Notes: generated by a model from the letters alone, not told the origin. DNA of 64,000 nt from Octopus vulgaris (GCA_951406725.2 OX597822.1:81034001-81098000); one strand, 5' to 3'; positions 1 to 14,259 are shown, numbered from the stretch's first letter. Numbers and translations are program-made.

Positions 1-67
1 ACTGTAGTTCTATTGCCATCTGATGCGTCTTTGCTTTGAAGTGCTTCTCTGCTGTTCGTCGATTTTT

Positions 68-905
<838 letters not shown>

Positions 906-994
906 ACATATATGTTTTCAGCGGTGTAGAATTTAAAATGTAATTATTCTTTTTCATTCCAGGTGCCATTATATTAAACAGTTGCGAAGAGTTA

Positions 995-1413
995 ACATAC
1001 CACGCACAAAAATTCAGCAGAACTGTCAGATTTTCAAAGAGGTCGTATTGTTGGGCAATCTGTAGCTGGTCTTAGCCAGCGAGAAATCTTCAAATTTTCC
1101 TTGCTACTGTAAATAGAATTATAGTGTAATTCAAAAGCCAAGGAAAAGAATCAACAGATTCTCGTCTCGGCTGACCTGGGCCATCGGAAAGGAAGCTTCG
1201 CTGTTTGAAGACAATTGCGGAAAACGAACCTCGTTCGAAGGCTTCTGACATTGCAAAACAGCTAGAAGTTAGTCCAAGAACGTGTGTTACATATCTACAT
1301 AAGCTTAGGTATTATGGACGATCAGCCAGAAGAAAACTTCTCCTTCAACCAATTAATATCAAATAAAAGATTTTGAAAATTAAAGGTGTCTATTTACTTC
1401 CTGCATGTCAGTG
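995..1413 (+). mobile_element. Tc1-like transposon remnant (N-terminal HTH + right end)
   Basis: Translates to 'ELSDFQRGRIVGQSVAGLSQREI' and later 'YLHKLRYYGRSARRKLLL', typical of Tc1 DNA-binding regions. Ends ggtgtctatttacttcctgcatgtcagtg followed by TA. The DDE domain is deleted. Confidence 0.7.
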
Positions 1414-3184
1414 TATATACGTGCATATTACCTTATTCAGTGAAGCCAACAAGGGGTGTTTATATATGTGGGCGGTTGATTAATTAGAAATTGCGGGTAG
1501 CTTACCCCCAAATCACACCTTAATATTTTAAGATAAGAAAAGCTATCAAATAAATCACCCCTAGAGTTACATAAAAGATGGAATGGTCATAGTTCAATCA
1601 GAGATTGGTAATAGCTGTTACTAGGATTAAACAACAACAGGTTAAGAGGTAAAGGCGTCCATCGATCATGAACGAGCATGGGATTGTACCAAGAAAGTTC
1701 CCCTCCAAAGTACAAATTCGCGAAAGGTTTTTCTTTTTATGGAAGACCTGCAGTCACTCATGCTTATGAGTGGGAATTCGATGCTCTAACCACTAAGCCA
1801 TGTGCCTTCACAACAACATCAGCAACGACATTAAATACACTTGTTAATAGTTTTGTGTTTGTAAATTAATTTTCGGAAACTTAAAAACAGAGGTTAGACT
1901 GTTTACAGATATACTCATTTCCATAAATATAAGCTGGAATAAATTCTCATTTCTGTGACATAAGACATAAATTAATTGTGTACGTTTCATACAGTAATTG
2001 ATTTGTTTAACCGACGTTTAACTTCAACAGTTGTTATCTTATTAAATCATTATATATTTACTGTTATCATTAAGTAGGTTGTTCATCTTTGTGTTATGTT
2101 TGTCTATTGCCCTAGTAACAAAAGCATTGCTTTTATATTTTCTGTATATTACCATTTCGTCTTTGCCTATTTGGATCATACAGAGCTTTCCTGCGTTTCG
2201 TTTTAAGTATTTTGATATTACTGTGCACAGGTTTAGTGTGCCTATGTGTGTGAGAGAGAAGGAGAGTGTGTATAAGTATGTGAGTGTTTGTGTATGTGTG
2301 AGTGTGTGTGTATGTGTGTACGTGTATGTGCGTATATATGTGTGTTTGAGTGTGTGTGGACGCATGAGAGAGTTTGAGTGTTTGTGAGTGTGCGAGAGTT
2401 TGTGAGTGTATGTGTATGTGTGAGCGTGAGTGTGTGTGCAGGAGTGTGTGTATGAGTGTGCGAGTGTTTGTGTGTGAATGTGTGATTGTGTCAGTGTGTG
2501 TATGAAAGAGTGTGTGTATGTGGGCGTGTATGTGAGAGAAAGAGCGTGTGTGAGTGTATGTGCAGGAGTGTGTGTATGTGTGAGTGCGTGTGCTTGTGTA
2601 TGTGTGAGTGTGTGTGTTTGTGTATGTATGGGGGGTGTATGTGTGTACGTATATGTGCGTATGTGTATGTGCGTGTGAATATGTGACTGTGTGTGTGAGA
2701 GAGTGTGTGTGTTGCGAGTGTGTGTGTGTGTGTAGTATTTATATTTAATGCTATCAACGAGGAATAAATCTTGAAGCCTGTCCTCTCCGTTATTATGGTC
2801 TTATCACCAAAGTTCTCTCGAGATTGATTGAGGAGATTGAAATCAGCTTTCGTGCAGTTGGCTTTGGTCATCGTTGCCACTATACGTCGGCAGGTAGGCG
2901 TTGATACCCAGGTTAATGGGTTTAATTCGATTTGGTTTAGGTACGTGCTATGAAAGATTAACGAATTTACTTACCTGTGTGGGAAGCAGGGTTTTACCAT
3001 TCCAGAGTCTGTGCGCTGTTTTTATCCTGTTTTGCATTCAAAGTAACAGTGATTTATGTGTGTTATCAATATTCCTTTACCTGCTTTGAGGAGCACTTTT
3101 ACATACAGGTACACGTGCAATCTCTCATTTGCAGGGAAAACGTAATAGCAAAGCCACGATGTATGTGTGTACGCCTCGGTACCA

Positions 3185-3216
<32 letters not shown>

Positions 3217-3603
3217 TTATGCTCGTGTATATGTATTTGCGTGAGTTTGTGTGTGAATGTGTTTGTGTTTGTGCATGTGGGTATTTGTATGTATGCGTCC
3301 GTGTTTGTGCGTGTGTGCATATGAATGTGGGGTATGTATGTGTGTGTCTCTTTGTTCGTTAATAGCTATTTTGCCTTCATTTATTTTCCCTCGGTCACAA
3401 TGACCTTTGCAAAACCCTGATTTCTCTGCATACCTATCACTCGTTAGTCTTATCACTCTGCATCTATTTCGGCAGTGATTCGAAATAGTCAAAAGGTCAG
3501 TAGTTAGTGAAGTTACTGAGGGTACGATTATATGGTCACTCAACCTGCTAATGACACCACCCAAATCTCCCTCAAACCACATACAACCGACTTTTACATA
3601 GAT

Positions 3604-3755
3604 GAGGCGGCCAACTGGCAGAATCGTTAACACTCCAACCAAATTGCTCCGCTGCATTTCGTTTGTCTTTAAGTTCTGGGTTCAAATCCAGCCGAGGTCG
3701 ATGTTGTCTCTCATCCTTTCGGGGTCGATAAAATAAGTACCAGTTGAACAAAATT
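3604..3755 (+). mobile_element. tRNA-derived SINE, family A (degenerate)
   Basis: Matches other in-window copies: ggcggc..ctggcagaatcgtta head, gttcaaatcc B-box, central cctttcggggtcgataaaataagtaccag. Confidence 0.7.
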
Positions 3756-3938
3756 GCTACCCGTATGCCGAAAGTCGAAATCAAAAGAGAAGGGAAAGAT
3801 GATGTAATTTTACATTGCCTTAAAACAACGCAAAGGTCACGGCCGGAATATCTTTCTTCATATGTTCCCTACTTGTACGCAGCCATCCTTTAATAGACTG
3901 TGCAGAATACCAACCCATGAATCACCTATCGGAGTACC

Positions 3939-4342
3939 CAGGGTTGGATTAACACCTATACAAGCCCTAAGGACTTAAGATAGTTCGGTGTCCCCATTAT
4001 ATGTAATTCAAAATATACAGCATAATATTTCATAAAATAAATTTCAATTTTTCAAAATGAAACAAAACTAACAGTAAAATGGAAAGTAATGTTTTATACT
4101 CCCACTTTATATCAGAAAAGTTTTCCCCTTTTTTTGGTTTTTAATTGCAAAGTCCTCACCATGACACCACGAACACTTTGAACTTATATTTTCAATCGTA
4201 TAAACCTCTTCTAATATTATTTTAGCAAATTTAAAGTGATTTCTTTTGTGCCGTAAACCATTTACCATTTCTATGGTGTCCCCTTCCTTCTCTTGATGCC
4301 CTAAGCACGTGCTTATTTTGATTAATGGTTAATCCAGCGATG
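3939..4342. mobile_element. hAT-type MITE
   Basis: TIR-like ends cagggttggattaac / gttaatccagcgatg, with degenerate 8-bp flanks ggagtacc / ggtataac. A second copy lies at 37376-38090. Confidence 0.65.
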
Positions 4343-4419
4343 GGTATAACCATAAGTAGATTTTCTTTGTCGTTTTTCTAGAGCGGAGCCCCTGACAGAA
4401 ATTTCCAAAGATTTGGAAG

Positions 4420-4830
4420 ATTCTTTTCTACTCTAGGCACAGGGCCCGAAATTTTGGGGGTAGGGGGCAAGTCGATTAGATCGTCCTCAGTACGCAACTG
4501 GTACTTAATTTATCAACCTCGAAAGGATGAAAGGCAAAGTCGACCTCGGCGTAACTTGAACACAGAACGTAAAGACAGACGAAATACCTATTTCTTTACT
4601 ACCCACAAGGGGCTAAACACAGAGAGGACAAACAAGGACAGACAAACGGATTAAGTCGATTATATCGACCCCAGTGCGTAACTGGTACTTATTTAATCGA
4701 CCCTGAAAGGATGAAAGGCAAAGTCGACCTCGACGGAATTTGAACTCAGAACGTAGCGGCAGACGAAATACCGCCAAGCATTTCGCCCAGCATGCTAACG
4801 TTTCTACCAGCTCCCCACCCCCGCCTTAAA
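4420..4830 (-). mobile_element. Dimeric tRNA-derived SINE, family A
   Basis: Two tandem copies of the central gtcgactttgcctttcatcc..gtcgataaa..aagtaccag block joined by an internal tail. The same dimer recurs at 26997-27380 and 38190-38440. Confidence 0.85.
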
Positions 4831-5199
4831 GATTTGGAATATTGTCATGACCAGTGTAAACTTCGTGAGTAGTTTACACGCTTCCATGATTCCGAAAATA
4901 ATTTTTTGAAACTTGTGATAATTGAAAAACAGATCGTTAAAAGGTTAAACCAAAGAAGAAAACAAAACAAAAATAAAGATAACAATGAAACAAACAAGAA
5001 TAATTAGAAAGACAACCTTCAAATTTTCTGAATTACCAAATGTCCTTCTCTTTATGAAACAAAGCCAAACTGTTTGCTGAATCAAAATATTATCGTCTGT
5101 CTATTCGACACTAAATATTTCGAACTTAATTTTACTGTTATGAAACGACAGACTAACCAGGTGTCAAACACTTTAGAACGCTTTTTAAAAAATTGTCTG

Positions 5200-5580
5200 T
5201 GGCGCTCCGTCTGTTACGACGACGAGGATTCCAGTTGATCCGATCAACGGAACAGCCTGTTCGTGAAATTAACTTGTAGGTGGCTGAGCACTCCACAGAC
5301 ACATGTATCCTTAACGTACTCGGGGAGATTCAGCGTGACACAGAGTGTGACAAGACTGGCCCTTTGAAATACAGGTACAACAGAAACAGGAAGAAAGTGT
5401 GAGAGAAAAGTTGTGGTGAAAGAGTACAGCAGGGTTCGCCAGCCCACCCCCTATCGGAGCGTCGTGGAGCTTTAGGTGTTTTCGCTCAATAAACACTCAC
5501 AATGCCCGGTCTGGGACTCGAAACCGCAATCCTAAGACCGCGAGTCCGCTGCCCTAACCACTGGGCCATTGCGCCTCCAC
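5200..5580 (-). mobile_element. tRNA-derived SINE, family C (tail type 1)
   Basis: Reverse complement is near-colinear with 55738-56110. A-box tggcccagtgg and B-box gtttcgagtc are present. Confidence 0.85.
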
Positions 5581-5929
5581 TAAAATTGATTAAGCTATGT
5601 TATGGTGACGATCATTCAGTAAGTGATAATGTATTTCGTGTAAGGAGCTATAGAAGTTATTACGCAGTCCAGAAAAAATATTTTTTACATGTTCAGCCAT
5701 TGGGCTGCAGCCATGCTGCGGCGCCGCTTTTAATGACTTTAGACAAATAAATCAACGCTAGAACTTAAGTTTAAGCCTGCTACTTATTCTAGCAGTCTCT
5801 TTTGACGAATCGCTGATTTACGGGGACACAGACATGCTAACACTGGTTGTCGAACGGTTTGTGAGGGGGTACAAACACAAGACACAAACACACACACACA
5901 TACACATATATACATAGGTATATATGAAT

Positions 5930-6135
5930 ATAGTCAATCCCAACAAGAACAAGCAAGAAAACACAACGGCGCGAGGACGTGGAACAAGTACTGTGTGATT
6001 GGACGCTCAGGAAAGGAAAGAAAAGAAAGAGGATTTCATGTTTCGAGCGGAGCTCTTCATCAGAAATATAGAAATGTCACAAGAAGGGAAGACGGAGAAA
6101 GAAAATTGCCAAAGATACACATGCGGTCACATTAT
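5930..6135 (-). mobile_element. Short Penelope-type repeat with minimal hammerhead motif
   Basis: Minus strand reads ttt-CTGATGA-a-GAGC-tcc-GCTC-GAAA-catgaaa. The repeat is flanked by TA-rich microsatellites. Confidence 0.6.
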
Positions 6136-6136
6136 G

Positions 6137-6183
<47 letters not shown>

Positions 6184-6196
6184 TATATATGCATAC

Positions 6197-6240
<44 letters not shown>

Positions 6241-7156
6241 ATATACATACACCCACCTGAGACAGACATGAATATGTTTCGGTCTTGTGACTCTATCATT
6301 GCAGAACACATTTCACTGTTCAAATGTACAATAATGTCCACTGCTTGGTAATGAGAGAGACTTCTTCGAGAATACATAACCCAAATACGTAATCCATTTA
6401 CAAATGCACTGATGATGCAACAATATTGAAACTTCTTCGGAGTCGCCTTTTTTTATTCGACGAAATATTTCGATATCGCTTCATACTCACCATATAACAT
6501 CATGTGCACGCGATATTAACTGTTCTTATTTGATTTCACTCTCTTTGCATTTCTGTTTGTTGGCTCACATTTAGAATTGGAATTTCTCTGATGATAATTC
6601 AATTCTTTACTCATATTCTAAAACAACACTTGTATGTTTTCACTTTGGGCCATTCTCGTGAAAGTTAAACCAAGGCAGGTTTTCAAAGATTCGGAGAATG
6701 CCCCAAAATGTCACCATTTGCTCTCCATTCTGTCGGCCAGGAGCAACTATAAACCTATCAAAAGCATATTCTTTCCAGTTCTTCCGCAGGCAACGACTCA
6801 ATCACGACGGAATTACCGGCGAAAGGATACTTGTAACATGTAAAAAGAATTTCTCGGCAAGAGCACTGGGCAGCACATGTTGGAATGGTTCATTACGATT
6901 AAATATCGATACAGGAACGCTTTCTTCCAGCATTACACTATTTGTAAGATCGAGAAAATATTTCTTGAAAATGTTGCATCCATTCTTCGTCAAACACTTC
7001 ATACCGAGTAAATGATAATTCCGACCAAATTGTGTGGTAGCAAACCCATTTGCATTTCTTTTAACTTTAAAGGTTAATGTAAATAAGCGCTATGAGGTTT
7101 TTTATACTGTTCTGGAGGAATATAGAGAGATTAGCTGTTAAGATTTTCAGGTGGAA

Positions 7157-7365
7157 AGGCGGCGAGCTGACAGAACCGTTGCGGCGCCGTTCAAAACAGC
7201 GGTATTTCGTCCGTTCCGAGTTCAAATTCCGTTGGGGTCGAATTTGCTTTTCATCCGTTTGGAGTCGATAACATAAGTAGCATTCTAACTCTGGGATCGA
7301 TGTAATCGACTTAACTCAATCCTGAATTTTCTGGTCTTGTACCAAAATTTGAAATCAATATTTTC
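7157..7365 (+). mobile_element. tRNA-derived SINE, family A monomer
   Basis: aggcggcgagctgacagaaccgtt head, gagttcaaattcc B-box, tail ...ctggtcttgtaccaaaatttgaaa. Confidence 0.75.
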
Positions 7366-7750
7366 AGGCGAAAAATAGTTATTTTACGCTGTGTCACGAA
7401 CGTCACACCCATTGGACACTTTTCAAAAACTTCAAAATAAATTCCCACATCGCAATTAATGAATGTTGCCTCTGCATACACACAAACACACATTCTCACT
7501 CCTTCTCACACACACAGTGTTACATATTACATGTGCCAATGTGCATTGTAATGTAGTATGTATATATGTATGTATGTGTGTGTATGTATACACACACACC
7601 GCTATATATTGCTGCGTCTTGTGTATGCTACTGTATTTGTCATACATCATACATATCTCTGTAGATATACGCATGTGTGTGTTTGTGTATGATGAAGATG
7701 ATTATATTCACACAAAGGCTTACTCCTAGTACACCACCACATAGTGCTAC

Positions 7751-7800
<50 letters not shown>

Positions 7801-7924
7801 GACTATGTATATATATATATATATATATATACATACATAAACATTTAGACGCATAGAATATTATAGTGTCTGTGTGTTATATATACATTCTTACACACAT
7901 CACTGTATACTGCTATATATATAT

Positions 7925-8097
7925 TTTTCTATTTTCTATTTTCTCTCCATGTATATTTCTGTGTTGTTTTCTGTTGAAAAGCGTAGGCTCGAAACATAAA
8001 AGACTTTCTGACTTCCCGAACGTTAAACCAATACACCTGTTTGTTCTTTATACGCCAGCCTTCGTCTTTTGTTCTTGCTGTAAATTCTCACTATATA
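7925..8097 (+). mobile_element. Short Penelope-type repeat with degenerate hammerhead motif
   Basis: ctgttgaaaagcgtaggctcgaaacataaaag followed by the same ~95-bp tail as the copies at 33.5, 39.4 and 56.3-56.5 kb, ending in ctatatata. Confidence 0.65.
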
Positions 8098-9062
8098 TAA
8101 ATATATTTCGTTTTGAGATTTGGTTTACAAGATACTTTATCTGAGTTCGTGTTTTGAAGCCTATTTTGTTGTGTCTGGGGAGAGTCATTAAATTATAAGA
8201 CAGCAGAAGAGAATGACTCTCCCAGACACAACAGAATATATATATATATATTCGCTTAATACATATGTTAGTAGTCAAATAGGGAAAATGAATCAGTGCA
8301 GTTCTTGTATAACTTCAAGACTTACAGCTTAGATATTTCATACATTTTGGTCGTCACGTACGTCTTGCGAGAATGGATATTTGCTCTGCCTTATTGGTGG
8401 CACTATTCTTTATATATAACCCCCTTTTTTTCAGTGATCCCCCTGCAATATTATTTCTATATAAAATTGTTTGATATTATGTACAACAGGTGCAGCTATG
8501 CTATGCTATGAAGCAGCTCGCTTTGCAAATAGGCGGTCTTGAGTTCAGTCCCACTATGCTGCACCTTCAGGAAGTAATTTCTACAATGGCGGCATACTGA
8601 CCAGCACCCCGTGAATGAATAGGGGAGACGAAAACTGTGTGGAGGTCCGTTCTGTGCGTGTATAAATGTGTGTGTGTGTGTGTGTATGGATCTGTACAAG
8701 AATCTGAAGGGGTGCATTTATTACGGCATATTGAGATGAAGAATTTTCATCCCTACTCTTTGCAAAACCGTCTACACTGATGCAAGTTACGAGTGCTGGA
8801 GTATCTCCAACTATTCAAGGACATTCGCTCCGATGAAATAACTTTCCCCAAAAGGCTTTTGTCGAACCTTCTCTATGGGATATAAAACTTTGGCACAACG
8901 TGTTCAAAGACATTGAACTTTTCTCGAACTAACAAACATCCATAACAATTTCCAGTCACACTGATTGGACAACAAAATTTCCATCACCAATTGACGTCAT
9001 CATCATATCCTTTAGACCAGTGACATTGTTAAGAAGAGTATGACATTGATTTATTTTCGTTA

Positions 9063-9392
9063 TCTCTCTATATATAAACGGCAAAAAGTCTGTGTGTGTG
9101 TCCTTTATACAAATCCACAATTGTTTAGTTAGAGGACTCGCACTATCTATGGTTATTTAAAACCGTCAAAGGGTGGTCGTGCATATCTTTACATTTCCCC
9201 AGTCACCCAGCAAAGCCATTAAAAATATCAATAGAAGTGACTTTTTTGTGAATTTTCTATCCAAAACCCAATCAAAATGCCCGAAACTTGATACGCCAAT
9301 TGAATGCCAGCTAGCTGTATGTGATTGGTCGGAGATTTGGACAGTACCCGCGTGTATGTGCGCACGCACGCAGCTGTATATGCATGCACTAG
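9063..9392 (+). mobile_element. Possible non-autonomous Helitron
   Basis: 5' A|TCTCTCTATATATAAA start followed by a short (TG)n, which is typical of short Helitrons. It ends in an imperfect GC-rich hairpin then CTAG (9389-9392), but the next base is C rather than T. Confidence 0.45.
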
Positions 9393-9477
9393 CACTATAG
9401 TGATAGTCCTAGATAAAACATTAAGATAACTTATTAGCTATCTATCTGGCTAGCTAGCTACCTGCCTAGCTGAGTAC

Positions 9478-9855
<378 letters not shown>

Positions 9856-10739
9856 AATCGGTTATCTATCTAGCCATCTGCGCCTGTCTGTGTGCCTCTT
9901 TTATCTATATATCTTTTAATTTGCGTTCTCTGTCTGTGTGTCTGTCTCTCTGCCTATCTGTCTGTCTATCTGTGTATCTATTTATCTATTTTGTCTATGT
10001 GTCTGTCAGTGTGTCCATGTATTTAACATATCTAGCTAGCTCTATATTTATCTATTGACTGAACTACGTATGTATCTTCCTGCCATCCACCTATCTTCTT
10101 ACCCAACAACCTACTTACCGACCTATCTTTCCATCTACTTAACTATTCTATCTGTCAAACACACAAGATTCTTCAAACAAGATGCATCGCAACATCTACC
10201 AGAAAAATCACTGAGATTTCTGAATTCCGATTTCTTGCCTCGCCTAATGTATTTCAAACCATCCTATTTAATTCCAGTCTTTGTTTCTTTTAAATATCTC
10301 TTCCTTTCACTCGAAGACATGTCATTCATATATCTTAAAGCTTTCTATTGTTAAACGAAAAGATCTTACCGATTGTTATTGGAATTCACGAAATCTCTTA
10401 ATCGTTTTAAGTGAATCTTACGAAGAGTTTGCTACAAGCTGCCATTTTGAAAAGATGCAGGATTGTTTCTTAACCGATTTATGTGAATCCACGAGGCTTA
10501 CGGATATTTATGACAAGCACATAACGAGAGAGATGAAAAAAAAAACGTAGAGAGACTGAGAGGAGGGGAGAGACAGGTAGATAGATACAACAGGTAGATA
10601 GATAAACAGCTTGACATACAAATCGACAAGTTGACAGACAGACATACTGACAAACAGTCATACATACAGACAGACAGATGGATAGACAGAAGACAGACAT
10701 ACGGGCAGGCAGGCAGGCAGGCAGACAGGCAGAGAGACA

Positions 10740-10908
<169 letters not shown>

Positions 10909-10909
10909 G

Positions 10910-11490
10910 ACCTACTAGTGCTGTTCAAACAGCACTGCGTATAGCTTTGTTGCTAGTTACTCACTTAAGTTTGTATTTGTTAGCGATTTCGGGTCAAGGA
11001 CCCCCCCCCACCACCACCACCACCACCACCATCAGACGTTCTGTGCTTTTCTTTTTTATGGTGGTTATACCAGGCGTTGGTGAACGGCTCCGAAAGTAAT
11101 AGATGGATCTCCAGTCGTCAAGTCAATTCCGGCAGTTAAGCCTGGCTGTCCTCTTTTTCGTGAAATGTGCCTCCTTTATTCTGAGGTTGACTGCATCCGT
11201 TCCCTTCGCCAGTATACGGGTGGAGAATTTCCCATCACAATGTTGGTGGTGTTGGAATACGGTGCTGCGTAGTGGTATGGCCATGCGGATATTTTCTTTC
11301 ACTCTGATGTGAAGTTGTCTTGTCGTTCACCGCGTGAGATTCAAAACATAGCCGGGCACTGCTCGTTAACCGTTTTGCTTTGATAGGGCATTGGTTCAAG
11401 CAGCATGTCTCCAGCACGTTGATTGTGTGAGAGATGTAGTGTCTAAGGACGTGGCCTCGTCTCCTGATTCTGACGAGGAAACCAGATCTT
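10910..11490 (-). mobile_element. Penelope-like element 3' remnant (GIY-YIG endonuclease C-half + pLTR)
   Basis: Minus strand reads 'TTRQLHIRVKENIRMAIPLRSTVFQHHQHCDGKFSTRILAKGTDAVNLRIKEAHFTKKRTARLNCR', resembling the PLE GIY-YIG pattern (T.R.L..R..EH ... L.IKEA..I ... LN). A disrupted hammerhead motif follows downstream. Confidence 0.7.
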
Positions 11491-11588
11491 TTGATGTTGT
11501 TCTTTATTTTGTTTTCTATTCATTTTCCATGGTATGGAAAGTTGACGTATAACCATTTAGTATTTCTCCAATACTTTCTGTCTGTCTG

Positions 11589-11636
<48 letters not shown>

Positions 11637-12099
11637 ATTTCTTTCCGTCGTTATTTCTGTTGTTGTCGCAGTGATTGTTGTTGTTGTTGTTGTTATTGAT
11701 GGTGGTGGTAACAACAACAAGAACAAGAGTATGAAGAACTACAAAAGTAAGCAAAGACAGTTCAGATGATTACTTCCACTACTGCCCACACCGAAGAAAG
11801 CCTTTACTAATCAGAGAATTTTCGAAATGACGGCAAAAAACACATTGATTAATAACCACCACCACCACCACAAACAAGTACTATCAGTACCACCAATGCA
11901 ACCAGTGTCACTGCATTCGCCACCACAAAACAATAAAAATATCCCAAAATACAATCAAGCACAGCACGAGGAACTCAAAGCATGAGAATCGCAAAAGAAG
12001 TGAAAGCAACAACGAAACCAAAACTGAAGCTCTTCCAGCTCATCATTTCTTCTGATGTTTCAAAGAGCAGAAGGGATTTACGAAAGAGGTAGTGAGACA

Positions 12100-12475
12100 A
12101 CACTACATGTCTTTCGTCATTTATCCTTTACATGTTTCACTCATTAGACTGCAGCTATGCTGGGGCATCACCTTTAAGGATTTTAGTCAAACGAATCTTA
12201 TTTCTTCGCAACCTGGTACTTGTTCTTTCGGTATTTTCTGCCGAACAGCTAAGTCACACCACCAACAGTTGTAAAGTGGTGATGTGTCACGCACATACGC
12301 ACAGTTATACGCAATGGGCTTCTTTCAGTTTCCGTCTACCAACTCCACTCACAAGGCATTGGTCGGTCCGACACTATGGCGGAAGGCACTTACTGAAGGT
12401 ACCACGCAGTGGGACTGAACCCGGACTCGTATGGTTGTAAAGCCAACTTCTTCCCACACAGCTATGCCTGCGCCT
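12100..12475 (-). mobile_element. tRNA-derived SINE, family B (CORE-like central block)
   Basis: Reverse complement has the head ggcgcaggcatagctgtgtggg...gggttcagtcccactgcgtggtacc and an internal microsatellite. Family members lie at 8495-8670, 18870-19100, 22640-23000, 23150-23590, 24412-24860, 26020-26440, 39110-39680 and 44162-44440. Confidence 0.75.
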
Positions 12476-13358
12476 AACTCTACCAAAAGCAAACATTTCG
12501 AAGAATTCTCGAAGAAATCATTACCATAAGTATATTCATATCAAATATCCTCTTATCATAGATCTCCTTGTAAATAATACCAAAAAAACATTTTAAAAAA
12601 AGACCTCTTTATGGAACTCATTTGAATAACTGAGCAGATCGATGAATCTTACCATTCTCGAAGAGCAACTTAAATGACCTCTCCATTTGGGGATTCGCCA
12701 ACTAAGTGCTCAGACAAGAATGCATAAATTCATATGCGTATATGTTTTGGATCAGTCTCGAAGTACGATCATTTTCTCAATAATATGAGATCAGTTAATA
12801 GCCAAGCGGTAGCAATGAATGAAACCAGGGTTTCGGACAGGTGCATGTTTGTGTACATTTTTGACGACTATGAGATACTCATCCGGGAACGAACGAAGGA
12901 ATCTTAGTTTTGTTTCGAAAACGCTTTGTTCTATGTGCATGGGTGCTATTCTTGGACCATGAAAACCAAAAGTTAAAGTCGGTAACCGCAGCGGCTTTAA
13001 ACTAGATTCCATGTATGCACCGATTTGTGTCAGACAGCCAGATTTCGTCAGTTTTCTAGAAAGGTCTCTCCAATTCTGCTAAAACTGTAAATTACTATTT
13101 TACACACCTAGAATTGTGAGCAGGTAAACGATTGGAGAGAGGACGTCAGTAATATCGGACTGCTTAAAACTGTTTGATAAGTATCGATTTTAATATCTGT
13201 GAGGTTAATTGCATGTTTTTGAAACCTACATATTTCAACTTATCTATAACGTACATACATATATACAAAATACATATTCATATACATACATATATACACA
13301 AATACATATGTGTGTATGTAGGCATGTAACGATTTGTTTGGAGACACAAGATGACTTC

Positions 13359-13482
<124 letters not shown>

Positions 13483-14259
13483 CATATATTTAATATATAA
13501 ATTAGAGAAAATCCACTATTATGCAATTGAAACAGTGATAGACATAAACCAAATCATAAATCATAAATAGAATATATTTTTTAAAACATATAACTAGATC
13601 ACAAAAAGTACAAAAATGAATAAATACATATATTTATATATATATATGTAAATATATATATGTATGTATGTATGCATGTAGATTGTAGATGGGTATGTAT
13701 GTTTGTGTGTGTGTGTGTGTTGTGTGTTGTGTATACACACATATATATGCGTGTGCTTGTATATGTATGTACACGTTTATGAATATGTGGCCCTGCGTAG
13801 CGCGTTCGTGTGTATGTATGTGTAGGCGTATGTGCATGTATAGTGTACGTAACCGATTTCGCTTATTTGCATACCGGAAAGAAAACTCATAAATCAAAAT
13901 ACTGAACCATTCACCACCATTGATGGCCGTTAAATACATTTGCAACCGAAATCAATTTCGGTTAATTGCAGCAGCAGATTTTTAGTTATTTATTTATGTA
14001 TTTACAGTAAAGATTTTCCTAAATGTTGCTTCAACTTAATAATCTGATTTGATATGAATTGATTGATGAAGCTTTCATTATCGTGATGAGTTAAAATGAC
14101 AGCAGGTAGAACTTCATATTAACAAATAACTGATGTCAGTCGAATCAAGTACTTTCGTGAATTTCATACCATTTTAATGAATTAATGATTCTTTTAGTAG
14201 AGATTTTACCGTGAATATCTCGTGTTTTCATTTATGTTCAAACTTTCTTCAATAAATAT

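Noticed and set aside
4420-4830. Repeated ~60-bp blocks that could be mistaken for a CRISPR-like array
   Set aside because: The context is eukaryotic, there are only two units and no cas genes. It is explained by the dimeric SINE.
6260-7100. Complex sequence with possible LINE C-terminal remnants ('[15 protein letters not shown]...W')
   Set aside because: The similarity is too weak and fragmented to assign by eye. It needs BLASTx.
8700-9055. Possible Tc1 DDE C-terminal remnant on the minus strand
   Set aside because: Only a faint resemblance to the LNPIEH.W motif, and no convincing TIR pair.
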